A stretch of 64,000 nt of DNA from Octopus bimaculoides. Lineage: Eukaryota. The notes beneath the pieces are model-generated. The model worked only from the letters and a program-made list of their open reading frames with translations. It was not told where the DNA came from and did no database searches. The stretch lies in the NCBI RefSeq assembly GCF_001194135.2, contig NC_068992.1, positions 57,893,789 through 57,957,788 of the forward strand, read 5' to 3'. The first letter of the stretch is position 1. Each line of letters starts with the position of its first letter. Shown one piece after another: positions 48,964-62,025 of this stretch. Both the position numbers and the translations under genes were made by a program.

Positions 48964-49135
48964 CATATATACAACGGGCTTCTTTCGGTTTCCGTCTACC
49001 AAATCCACTCACAAGGCTTTGGTCAGCCCGACGCTATAGTAGAAGACACTTGCCCAAGGTGCCATGCAGTGGGACTGAACCCGGAACCACGTGGTTGGTA
49101 AGCGAGCTACTTACCACACAGCCACTCCTACGCCT
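48703..49135 (-). mobile_element. SINE family A (tRNA-like head, internal TA/CA microsatellite), near full-length representative
   Basis: Head GGCGTAGGAGTGGCTGTGTGGTAAG...GGTTCCGGGTTCAGTCCC has pol III A/B-box spacing. Near-identical copies at about 63288-63699 (-), 47825-48230 (+), 36829-37130 (+), 39925-40320 (-), 29455-29772 (-), 16580-16872 (+), 8625-8910 (-), plus many head-only fragments. Confidence 0.85.
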
Positions 49136-50084
49136 ACTATCTCCTACTATCTTAATAAATCCCATACAACCCATGCCAACATGGAGAGTCAGATATAAAT
49201 ACAATGATGATGGTGAAAATAATGACATACAGTCTTTCAGGTGGTGTGTGTTCAAATCCCACTCTTACCAGTCGGCTGATTTTTTCGTTTTTTAAGGCCG
49301 TCCTCCAGCGTAGCCACAGTCCAGTAACTGAAGTTAGTAAAGGAATATTTATTGAGTAGATATGTGTGTGTATACTGTGTGTATCATTTGTGTGTGTGTG
49401 TGTGTTGATACAAGCTTGATTGCTGTTGAGAAATCAATGCTGATTACTGTATTGATTTTATTTAATCAGTCTCAACAGGTCGGACAGATTAATAATTTCT
49501 TTTGATTTCTTTGTTTGTAATATGTTAATAGAAGTGCGGTTTAACTCTCATCCTGCTGACACGACACTCATGAGTTCAAACCTGGTTGTTTCTAGTGCAG
49601 CATTGTCGAAATGAACAAGACCCAACCTCTTCATGATTACTTAAGCAGTTAGGTAGAGCAGCTAAATTTCTTCAAATCATAATCAAACATCTTTAAAAAA
49701 ATAGAATAAAAAGAATATTTAATCATCATCATTGTTTTTCAACATCCATTTGTCCATGTTTGCATGTAACGTCGTGGATATCGGTGGCGATTTTTTTCTC
49801 CCTCCGTTTTTCCCTTCTTTGGACTTTCTTTGTTTCCGACGAAGAGCTCCGCTCGAAACATCATATTCTCTTTCTTTCCTTTCCCGAGCCTCTAGTAACA
49901 CAATCTGTATCACGTCCTCACATTGTTGTTGTTTTTTTGTCTTTTTCCTTTGGGGGTTTAGTTCACAAGTGATCTAAACGATTAGGTATGCTAGGTAAGT
50001 GCTGTAACGGATTACTAGGGCTCCAAGGTTATAGCCAAGACAGTAGTTATGGAGCCATTGTAGACTTCCAATATAGCGGATATA

Positions 50085-50390
50085 TAATTGTTAAAGAGGA
50101 CAACAAACATTAAGGCAAGACAAACATTTCAGGTCATATTATTATTGGAAAAAATTCACAGTCTTACAGCTGTTTCTGGGATATCCCAGAGTATGGTATA
50201 TTCCATCTTTACTCCCTTCCTGTATATTGTCATTCCATTAATATATACCCTTCTCATTTTCCCTATTTGTCTCTGAAGATGGAATAACCCATACTCTGGG
50301 ATATCCCGGAAAAAGCTGTAAGACTTTGAATTTTTTCCAATGATAATGATGTATATGACTTGAGATGTTTGTTGTCCTCTTTAACAATTA
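50085..50390. mobile_element. Foldback MITE-like element with long terminal inverted repeats
   Basis: TAATTGTTAAAGAGGACAACAAACAT ... ATGTTTGTTGTCCTCTTTAACAATTA; inverted similarity continues for about 125 bp each side (GGGATATCCCAGAGTATGG / CCATACTCTGGGATATCCC). Confidence 0.8.
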
Positions 50391-51198
50391 CATGATAGAT
50401 CGTTGACCAAACACCATTCAATTTTTTTTTCTCCATGTTTTTCTCCTTGTTTTCTCCGTATTCTTTCTGTTGAAGAGCGTAGCTCGAAACGTAAAAGACT
50501 TTCCGTATTCCCGAGCGTCATACTAATACATCCTTTTGTTGTTTACACCACCTGTCCTCGTCTATTGTTGTTTTTTTTCGTATATTCTCCCATATATATA
50601 TATATAGATAGATAGATAGATAGATCACAAGCTGCTAAACCTTTTTCTATTTTCACTCCCTGTTTATTTCTGTGTTCCTTTCTGTCAAAGAGCATAGGCT
50701 TGAAACATTAAAGACTTTCTCACTTCCCAAGCATTAAACTAATACATCTGTTTGTTGTTTACTCACCTATCTTNNNNNNNNNNTATATATATATATATAT
50801 ATATATATATTCGATGGGCTTCTTTTCAGCTTCTGTCTCCCAAATCCACTCACAAGGCTTTTTGTTGGCCTGAGGCTGTAGGCAGAAGACACTTGCCCAA
50901 GGTGCCACACAGTGGGAATGAACCTAGAACAATGTAATTGGGAAACAAGTGTCTTACCATACAGCCATGCCTGCACCTATAACTATTGTTAAAAAGAAAA
51001 AGCTACTTGGCCAGGGTGCCATACAGTGGGCTTGAACTTGGCTCCTCATGACTGCAAAAACAAACTTCTTAACTGTTTGGCTAGAAAACACCTGACTTAA
51101 CAATTTCTCTAGAAAGTGAACCTGTGATGGCATCTCTGTGTAATTACATCTGCCAGAAATAGTAACCAAATCTCTCACATACATTGAAACTCTTATTA

Positions 51199-51244
<46 letters not shown>

Positions 51245-52473
51245 GGTGTGGGGAATATTAAAATCTGCGTAAAATGCAGTTAAAAGAAAGGAAAAGTAGA
51301 AAAGCGCAAATACTGTTACAAGATATAAAGTTACTTAACACCCATTGTTTGTTTACAAAAAAACACGACTGTTTTAATAATCAAAATTGTAAGCTATAGC
51401 AGTTGTAGAAGTGGTGGTGGCGGCAGGACTTGTAGTTGTTTCTAGTATAAATACAAGGCCAGTTCTATTCAGGCGAGTGATTAGTTGGATTACATAGAGC
51501 CCACCCTTCCACATTTAACTGGTGCTTTATTTTAGCAACTCTGAGAGGATAGAAGGAAGGAAGGAAGGAAGGCAAAGTTGACCTTGGCAGGATTTGAACT
51601 CAGAACATAAAAGAGTCGGTACAAATTTCTGCTGGGCATTTCGTCCAACACTTTTACATTCCTGCCAGTCGACCTGACGAGAAAATGTGTGCCACGTTGG
51701 AGATAACAAGGCATGTGATTAGCTGTACAACATCTTTGAACTATAATTAAACCCTGGTGTATTTTCAATTAATGTATAGGATAAATAAATACTTTATTAA
51801 TTAAAAAACATACAGCAACAACAACAACAACAATTGTTTACAGCAACAATCTCTGTTCTTATATGCTTTGATTATTTTGTTGACATTATCCATATGTTGT
51901 TTATAATTTCATTATCTTAAGAGTGATTATACTTCGGAATATATGTTACAATTTAGGCTGATGAGAAACTTTTGCTTGGTCGCTCAACATGTTAGCAAAT
52001 GCAGCTTAAACTCGTTCAGATAACATTTTCATTACCATTATCATTTTAATGTCTACTTCTCCATGCTTGCATGGGTCAGATGGAGTTTACTGAGGCAAAT
52101 TTTTTACAACTGCGTCCTCTTCCTGTTCCCAACCTTCACCTGTTTCTAAGCAAGAAAGTTATTTCCCTATGAACTGACATTTTCTTGCAGAACTTTGGAA
52201 ATGAACGATACAGTTTCTGTGACTGTGATGCTGGTGCTACATAAAAAGCACTGGTGATGGTGCCATGTGAAAAGCACCCAGTACACTCTGCAAAGAGGTT
52301 GGCATTAGGAAGGGCATCAAGCTGTTCAAACCATGCCAAAACAGACAATGAAACCTGGTGCGGCCCCTGGTCCTGTCAGTTCCTGTCCAGCTGTCCAACT
52401 CATGCCAACATGGAAAACAGACATTAGATGATGATGTTGATGATGATATGTCAAGGCAACAAAACACAAGTGT

Positions 52474-52513
<40 letters not shown>

Positions 52514-53270
52514 GCACACACAACAGGCTTTTTTTACTTTCTGTGTACCAAACCTATTCACATGGCTTTGATCCAGCTTGGGACTATAGTAGAATACACT
52601 TGCCCGAGGTACTGTGCAGTGGGACTGAACCCAAAGCTCTATGGTTGGGAAGCAAACTTCTCTACCACACAGTCACAACCAGGAAAAGGACACATTACAT
52701 ACTGTAGTCCTTCAGACTTCTAAAAAAAAACAATGTCTGATGATTATGTGTCTAATCGATGTGGGCTCACTGACCTAGGGTTAAAGAAACAACAACCACA
52801 GCTTACGTAACTGGACTGGTTGTTGAGTAAGATCATTGAAATTTCTCACCTTTGTTGCCTTCCTTTTTCATATTCCAGTTTTAGAGAAAAAAAATCTTTG
52901 CTTTATTATTTAATCCCAGGTTGATACCAATCAAGTAGAGGCCTCTGATCAAAAGAGAATTGCCATCTGTGTTGGTGGGAAAAATATTTAATGCTACATT
53001 GCTTCAAGATACTTAGCTGCTATCAAGAATAGGTTCCACCAAATCATCTGGGAATGTTACCTGGTGTCCTGGCAAAAGTAGAGATTTATCATGGTCAGAA
53101 TGTTTTTCATCGTAAATCAATTTGATCAAGGGCTACCCTCGTTGTAAATGGCAATGAGTCTAAGCACCAACACTATGGTTTTGGGGTGCATTTTATTATA
53201 TTAGATCTGTGATTTTGTATATGATATTACTTTTTTTTTTTTTATATCATTTCATGAATTTATTTTTCAG

Positions 53271-53354
53271 AAGAGGATTTCATAATGCAGACAGCTTCAA
53301 CAATGCAAACACTTAAAGAGCTAGAGCCTATAATTAGCAGTGAACATGTAAAAG
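53271..53354 (+). CDS. DCTN3: DCTN3 coding exon 4 (EEDFIMQTASTMQTLKELEPIISSEHVK)
   Basis: Acceptor ttatttttcag|AA, donor AAAG|gttggt; 84 nt, phase 1/1. Resembles human [28 protein letters not shown]. Confidence 0.9.
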
Positions 53355-54792
53355 GTTGGTGAATATTCTTCTACTCCTGAATGGTAAAACAAAATATAAG
53401 AACTGTTTCTTGTTTGTTTGTTTGTTTTACATTTAACAAGGTGAGTTGTGAGGTATCAAATTTAAATGTTGCTGTCCAAGACCCAATGTAATGCCTCCAG
53501 TAAATTTACCCATTGAAATACCTGCAATGGATTTGAACTTATGACTTTACAACTCGTATAGTTCAGTAACTGTTTTAACTAAACAATTTTGTAAGTGTGC
53601 ATATAACAAAATGATGATTAATGTGTGTGTGTGTATGTGTTATAGACTGCAGGCAAAATATTGCTTTACAAAAGAATTGTATTTATAGAAACTAATTTTA
53701 GTGATATAAAAAATAAATTTAAAATTACATTTAATTAAATTTTTCTGTGGTTATTAGTAGTGCCATACAAAGGTTGGTGAATAGTATTGGCTACACTTTC
53801 ACTTGAAGAATAAGTCAACAAGAACAACCTATGACTTGCTTAGAAAGCATTTGGATGTATAAGCACAATCATCATCATCATCAGTATCATCGTTAATTTA
53901 CATCCATACAGCTATGGGTTAGATATGTTGTCGTGATCCAATTCTTCTACCCTCCTTGATAGCTTGGAGGATCACATTTCAGTTGTATGCTCCATATTTG
54001 CTTGGCTTCTATGGTCGGATGCCCTTCCTAACACCAACCATTGTACAGAGTGTGGTGGGTAATTTAGGTTCCAGTTGAGCACTTGGGGTGAGATTAATAG
54101 ACTAAGTCCTTCCCACTAAAATTGCTGTTCTTGTTCCAGATTTTGAAACCGTAAAGCAGCAAGCTGGGAGAATTGTTAGAGTATCAGACAAAATGCTTTG
54201 CAGCATTTGTTCAAGCTCATTTGTCCAAGCTCTGAGTTCGAATCCCATCGAGGTCAACTTTGCCTTTCACCTTTTTGAGGGTCAGTAAAATAAAGTCTTG
54301 GTCAAATACTGTGGTTGATGGTATCGACTAATCCCTCCCCTCGAAAATTGCTGGCCTTGTGGCAGTCAAGTAGTGGAATCAATGTAATTGACTTCCCCCT
54401 CCCCTCAAAATTGCTGGCCTTGTGCCAAAATTAGAAAGAATTTTTAGTATCCATCTATCCATGCATTTTCTCTCTATCCATTATTCCTGGGAGGCTAAGC
54501 ACTTCCTCCGTAGTATCCTATCAGCAGCAACCACTATTAGGACTTTCCAGCTGGTTTCTCAAACATGACCAATGAGACCATGGTTGTTATCCAACCATCT
54601 TAATTCTTGGTCTCTTGCCAGTTAGCTTGGCTTCAAGAATCTGTTCTGCAATTCCCTCTTGGGACATTCTAATCGTATGTCCTTAGTACTGGATCTGTGG
54701 CATTTTCAATGCAGAGAGAAAGCATCTCGATCTGGGGAGACTCCCTACTCTCTGAGCTATACACCTTGTATTATTATCATTATTATTATTAC

Positions 54793-54824
<32 letters not shown>

Positions 54825-54987
54825 GCAGGTGGCACATAAAATACACCATCTTGAGCGTGGGCGTTGCCAGTACAGCCTGACTGGCCTTCGTGCGGGTGAC
54901 ACGTAAAAGCACCCACTACACTCTCTGAGTGGTTGGCGTTAGGAAGGGCATCCAGCTGTAGAAACTCTGCCAAATCAGATTGGAGCC

Positions 54988-55042
54988 TGGTGTAGCCATC
55001 TGGTGTAGCCATCTGGTGTAGCCATCTGGTGTAGCCATCTGG
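54988..55042. repeat. Tandem repeat, 13-bp unit TGGTGTAGCCATC x4, inside a family B copy
   Basis: Units at 54988, 55001, 55014 and 55027; other family B copies carry one unit. Confidence 0.95.
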
Positions 55043-55118
55043 TTTCACCAATCCTCAGTCAAATTGTCCAACCGATGCTAGCATGGAAAGCAGACGTTAA
55101 ACGACGATGATGATGATG

Positions 55119-55151
<33 letters not shown>

Positions 55152-55747
55152 TAGGTGGTGAGTTGGCAAAATCATTAGCACACTGAAAATGCTAAGCAGT
55201 ATTTCACCTGTCGCTACGTTTTGAGTTCAAATTCTGCCGAGGTGGACTTTGCCTTTCATCCTTTTTGGGGGTCGATAAATTAAGTACCAGTGAAACACTG
55301 GGGGGGAGGGGGTCTATGTAATCGACTAGTCCCCACCTCACCCCCACGCCACCCCAAAATTTCAGGTCTTGTGCCTTTAGTAGAAAGGATTATTATTATT
55401 ATTATCCTTATCATCAGCATAAATTTACAATGACTGATTAGTGCTGTAAGTCTACATTACCTATAATGTCAAAAATTTCTGTCCCTTCACATTCCTTCAA
55501 ACTTTACCTAATATCACATCATTAATGAGTGGTGTGGCTTCACTCACATTCCTTTGTTTCTCTAACTATAGAAATTATTGTTATTATTATTATTATCTTT
55601 TTTTATAAATGCTACTTTATACATTTAGCTTATATATTCTCTGTTCCCCCACACTGTTCCTATTTCCTGTTACCTTGTATTACATGTAGTTAGGAATTGT
55701 TTCTGTGTAATTATATGGATTGGCTCTCTTTCAGTTACTACTCTCAG

Positions 55748-55779
<32 letters not shown>

Positions 55780-56300
55780 AGAATGTCCAGTTTTGTTCTG
55801 TTTCAGAAGCTTTGCAATAACAGAACCTACCAGCAACATATATATATGTTTGTTTGTATATATTTATGTATGTATATATGTGAGTATGCGTATGTATGTA
55901 TGTATAACACACATGCATATGCATACCTACATTCATTCATACATGCTGTGGAATTTTTTTTTAGTTTCCAGTCCAACGTTGTTTTAAGAAACATGCCAAT
56001 TTAGTATTACTGTTGTTGTTGTTGCTGCTGCTAATGTTGTTCTTGTTGCTGATGAAGGAGACGTTCATTTAAAGGAAGGTTTTTTGATTCACTTGTTGGA
56101 TGCCCCAACTGAATATCCATGAATAAATGTCTGTTTCTTTTATTTACTCATACAGGAGCTCCATACTTTTCATGTAAGTCCCAAATGCACATAATTCAAC
56201 TGCTTACTGTTAAATGCTTCACCATCACCAGTGAACAGCTACAGTTAAATAACAATCCTTTTACTACCATTACTACTTTCCCCTCTATCTATCCGACCTA

Positions 56301-56342
<42 letters not shown>

Positions 56343-59300
56343 NNNNNNNNNNNNNNNNNNNNNNNNNNNNNNNNNNNNNNNNNNNNNNNNNNNNNNNNNN
56401 NNNNNNNNNNNNNNNNNNNNNNNNNNNNNNNNNNNNNNNNNNNNNNNNNNNNNNNNNNNNNNNNNNNNNNNNNNNNNNNNNNNNNNNNNNNNNNNNNNNN
56501 NNNNNNNNNNNNNNNNNNNNNNNNNNNNNNNNNNNNNNNNNNNNNNNNNNNNNNNNNNNNNNNNNNNNNNNNNNNNNNNNNNNNNNNNNNNNNNNNNNNN
56601 NNNNNNNNNNNNNNNNATATATATGTATGTATGTATATCATATATATTAATATTATATATATATATATATTAGCTTGCATGTGATGCGGCTTCAGCTGAG
56701 AGTGTGTTGTGTGTTCCAGTACAATTGCATGCCATTTATTGAATCTCCAAAACAGTTCCTAAATATAATCCTAGAAGTATATTGTGCTTCATGTTTTAGC
56801 TACCGTAATACTAAAGGCTCTTAGGTAAGCAGTATTGTTTCCTCGTTATTCACATTCATCAAGACATCTAAAATAATAAAACAGTATTTAAGATCATCGT
56901 CATCATTTAATGTTCGCCTTCCATGCTGGCATGAGTTGGATGATTTGATTGGAACTCCTAAGCTGGAGAGCTGCACCTGGTCCCAGTTTGATTTGGCATG
57001 GTTTCTATGGCTGGATGCTCTTCTTAATGCCAACCACTCCGAGAGTATAATGGGTACCATTTACATGACACTAGCAATGGTCACTACTATGATTTCACCT
57101 GGTTTGACAAGTCTTCTCAATCACAGCATATCGTCAAGGTCTTGGTCACCTGTCATCACCTCCATGAAGCTCAACATTCGAAGACGATGCTTCAAAAAAA
57201 AAGATGTTGGTCATGTAGTTGATGATGTTGATATTCTTTGTCATCAAACATCAGAAGATAATTCTTCCTTGAAGTTAAACAGCAAAACCTTTGGCTTATG
57301 GTGGCAAGTTGAGATAAGCTCAGATTGTTTTGTTTTTTGTTTTTGTTTTCTTTTCTGTTCAAGATTAGAGTTGGGTAGAACATGATGTGGATCCTTTATA
57401 TGTCATAAAATTTATAGAAAAGGTGGTTAAAGTTGATTAAATCAATCAACAGTATTTGACTGCTACTTGTATCATCAAGCCCAGAAGGATGAGAGTTAAA
57501 ATTGACCTCCACATAAACTTGGCATCTAAAATGGCAATGCAAAAAGAACTTGAATAGTGTTTAATGTCTAGTTTTTGGGGGTAATGATCTAGATTCTAGA
57601 TGATCAACTATGAATGGAAGAAGTGTACGGCTAGGGTGCTAGAGGAAAGTTTACAATCTTAAAATTTTATCTTCACAACCTTGATGTGATTTTGGACTTT
57701 GCTAAGTGTTATAGAGTATGGAAGAATATTATTATATTGTTTGAAATCATAAAGTACTGTCACCGAAACAGGTTGAATGTCCAGTCAGCCATGCCAAATT
57801 GTCAGTGTCCAGAGAGCCATGCCCATTTGCCTTGTTCCCTACAAAGTTGATTCAGCTCAACAGCAGCCTGAATTGGGAATGCCAGTTAACCCATTAGCAT
57901 TTAAACTGGCCATATCCAGCCAAAATGTTCTACCTGTTTTATGTTCAAACTGGCCAGATCTGGCCTCTCACACCTACTCTACATTATCATTCTAAAAATT
58001 AACAGTTACCTCATCAAAATGTCACAGCTACAAGATAATGCATGATTAATTCAAAATAATGGGAATTAAAATGTATTACTTTTGATAGAATAATATGAAT
58101 GGTAAAGGGTTATCAACAAAGATGCCTCTATGTGTTAGCTTGATCTGCTAGGAATAATAGCTTAGTCCTCATTAAAATATTTGCTCTTTGGGAATAGTAA
58201 TTACAATAGAACCCATGTCTTCTGCTGTTTGTGTTGCCTTACATTCTTCTGTTTCTAAATTTGTGTTTAAGTCTCTGATAAGGCTTTGAAAGATGCAGCA
58301 TTTCATGTGTTACAAATATTTTTGTTGATCAAGTTTTGTACGTATTTGACTAGTGAAGTTTTTCTGTTCCTTTTGTGTTTGCTATTTAAATTAATCATTA
58401 GTATATACTTGTGTTTCGAATCAATATCTCGAATATATGTCTACTGTGTTGCTTGCTCTGGTTATAGATATAAATATAGATAGAACTCCACTTCTCTGCT
58501 CTGTTGCTAAGTGTGTGAACTATGCTTCTACAGTCACCTTGTTGCTAACATCATGTACAAATAAATACACACACACACACACACATTACTCATTTCATCA
58601 GTTGATGTTTCGTAGCTCCATCTTTACTGAGTTGTACACCCACACATGCATACTCAAGAGCACACACATATACATCTATATATCTTCGTTATTGTTTGAA
58701 AGCTACATGTCCAAACTACCTAGGATTGTGTTTCATAGCTGGGTTCTTTTCCTGCAACCAACCCTTTTACTCACTCATTGAAACAATCAGAGATGCAGTT
58801 TATCAATGTGTGTATCATGGAAGCTGGATGCACACAGTAATGTGTGTATTTACATACATACACACATAAATACACACAAATATACATGCACACATAAATA
58901 AATAAATAAATGAATGAATGAATGAATTAATTAATTCACTAGGAACTCTGAGGAGCAGCAATGTGAAGCCTAGATGAATGAATAAGTAAACTCTGTTATA
59001 TGTTTTGCATACTCTTCTTACTCTGTTGTACTCTAAAATCATCGTTAAAGTCACACACTTCAGAGAGAGAGAGAATGAGAGAAGATGGGAGAGAGATGGT
59101 CGTCCAAGTTGGTAAGAAGCAAGGCTAATAACTGCATGAGATGCTGGTGACTATTTACTGCCAATGGTTCCTGTGATGTTGATATAGCCAAAATACCTGA
59201 CTCTCAGATGGACCAGTCCACATAGCTGCAAATGGACACTACAAGTTTGAATCACCATATCAATATAAGTAACAGCAGCGCTGAGTTCATCTCATTCTGT

Positions 59301-60008
59301 AGCTTGGACAGGGATGTTTTTTGTGTCAAACTGACATGAGTGAGGTACCTAATGAACCCGTGGGTTATGGGTTCCTGTACATGCACATACACACAGGGGT
59401 AAAGACCCCCTTCAGTCATGAATGACCATCGGATTGTACCTAGAAAGTTCCCCTCCGAGGCATGAATCCAGGCAAGGTTGTTTGTGGAAGACCAGCAGTC
59501 ATCCATGCATACCCCAGTCTACTCTCTCCACACCACTGGTGTTATCCAAGGGAAAGGCAAAGGTCAGTTTGGCTTGGCACCACTCATTTCTACAGATGAG
59601 TGAACTGGAGCAAAATGAAATAAAGTGTCTTGCTTAAAAACACAACACTCAACCTGGTCTGGGAATCGAACTCACTACCTCATGATTGTAAGCCTAAAGC
59701 TCTAACCACTGAGCCATGCTACCCGCTACACACACACAAGTATACACACATACAAGGTGGTTGTCTCATTAGCATGTTGGATAGATTGCCTAGCAGTATT
59801 CCTTCCAGCTCTCTCTGTTCAGTGTTCAAATCCTGCTATGGCCCACTACTGCTGTTAGTTGCTCCTCTTGATGATAATGATGCTGATGTTATGGAACAAG
59901 ATGGGGCTCTGTTAAGTTTTGGAAGTGGCCATGGCACTGTATGTCACAGCAGTGCCCCTACTATTCTACCAGGAGTTGAGGACCCAAGGAAGGGAAGAAA
60001 ATACATGT

Positions 60009-60051
<43 letters not shown>

Positions 60052-61663
60052 TTCACTCTTTTACTAATTGCTGGTATAACTTCTGTCTCCTCTTAGTTTC
60101 CAAATGTAGCCAGCCATTGTTCATCATCTTGGATAGCATCTTCCCCTTTAGTTTTTCCTCTCCCTCTCTAGACAGATGTATCCCTAGATAAATAAGGTGT
60201 TCAGTGTATCCAATGTTAGCACAGATCTGCAGTGTGTTGGTTTGTTTACTCTCACGGGCGATATTTACAGCTGTGTACACATCATTACTTCATTATTGTG
60301 GAGGTTGAAGTACAGAGTTCTCTTGTACAATACATCTCAGCTACACCATGTTGGTTCAGGACCCTCTCTACTGTACTACCTTGGTATAAATCTGTCTCCT
60401 ATCTTTACACATATCTATATCCACTACACTATGATGCTACACTTCTTTAATGATTCTCTTGGTATAAGTCTGTCTCTTACTCAACTAATTGGTTGTTTGA
60501 AATCTGTTTCCCATTATTGTTTAATTGGTACAGTTGTGTCTTCATTCCATTTTCTTTTTCTCTTTATATTGTCTTGGAGTGTTTTCACTGCACTGTTTAA
60601 GTAAATACATACATGATATAAAAAAAAAAAACACTATTTCATTCTACCCAATTCTTAATGATAAATAAATAACGAGGTAGATATGAGAGACCTACATATT
60701 TTACTCTTTATTTATTGGCAATCTACTTTTTTCTTTTCTTTTTAAAGTTCAATTTTAAAATTTCAGATTTGGTCAAACCATTCATGTTTCTATATTTCTG
60801 TTTATATCTGAAAATACATTTTTTTTGCAAGTTTTGAATATTTTCTAAAAAAAAAAATTTTAAAAAAACACAATTTATGTAACATTATTTGACAACAAAT
60901 TAACATATTTTGTTGTTACTGTTGTTGTTGTTCCTTGAAAAGATCAACAGGAAACTAAAATCTAACAAAATTACTCAGCAGGTCTGGTTGTTTTGTATGA
61001 TCCTTGAAGAAGTCCCGTTACTTCTTGTTTTTATAACTAAAACTGTGTTGTTTTGATCACAATTATAACTAATCAATTAATTAATCTTTTGCCTTGAAGA
61101 GGAATCATTGTCACTATTTTTGGTATGTCTTGAATGATTAAACTATTTACCTCTTCTCCAACAGACTACAACGTATTTGAGCCTACCATTTCAAACTAAA
61201 GAAATATTCATGATATTTAACCTTTTAGCATTTAAACCAGCCACATACCTGGCCAAAATATTCTGTTTTATGTTCAAACTGGCCTTATCCATCCTCTCAC
61301 ACCTACATTACAATGTTAGTCTTATCATCAAAATCTCAAGGCTACAAGATAATGCAGGATTAATTCAAAACAATTTGAATAAATTAGTGTTATATTTGAT
61401 AGAATAACCTGAATGCTACAGAGTTGATATTTAATCCTTCAGTGCTTACCCAAGTGAATTGCAGTTCCCTGTAGTACCTACGTACATCTACATGAATTGA
61501 GCCAATGGAAGTTGTCTTTATTGAGGTTACTCAGTGAAAACCTCAAGACAGAGGGCAAGCTACTAAACTTTTAACAAATGGATCAGCACTAACGTAACTT
61601 CCTTGGTTAGATGTGACTCATAATTTTCATTTTTTTTTTCTGTGTTTTAATATATATATATAT

Positions 61664-62025
61664 CATCATCATCATCATCATTTAACGTCTGCTTTCCATG
61701 CTAGCATGGGTTGGACGATTTGACTGAGGACTGGTGAAACCAGATGGCTACACCAGGCCCCAATCTGATTTGGCAGAGTTTCTACAGCTGGATGCCCTTC
61801 CTAACGCCAACCACTCCAAGTGTGTAGTGGGTACTTTTACGTGCCACCAGCACAAGGGCCAGTCAGGCGGAACTGGCAACGGCCATGCTCAAAATGGTGT
61901 ATTTTACGTGCCATCCACACAAGAGCCAGTCCAAGGGCACCGGCAACGATCTCGCTCAAAAGTCCTTACACATGCCACGGGCACAAGTGCCAGAAAGGCG
62001 ACGCTGGGCACGAAAAGAACAGTGA
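61664..62025 (-). mobile_element. Repeat family B: SINE or LINE 3' end with RTE-like tail ending in (GAT)n, representative copy
   Basis: Recurring GGTTGGCGTTAGGAAGGGCATCCAGCTGTAG...CCAACCCATGCTAGCATGGAAAGCGGACGTTAAACGATGATGAT. Copies at about 716-948, 8943-9157, 27540-27884, 54826-55122, 18945-19031, 31190-31510, 43700-44010, 52040-52450 and 56893-57080. Source of the repeated MAEFLQLDALPNANHS ORFs. Confidence 0.8.

Noticed and set aside
59630-60067. 145-aa plus-strand ORF
   Set aside because: Starts in a SINE D head, ends in (CA)n, and has no recognisable domain or convincing splice sites.
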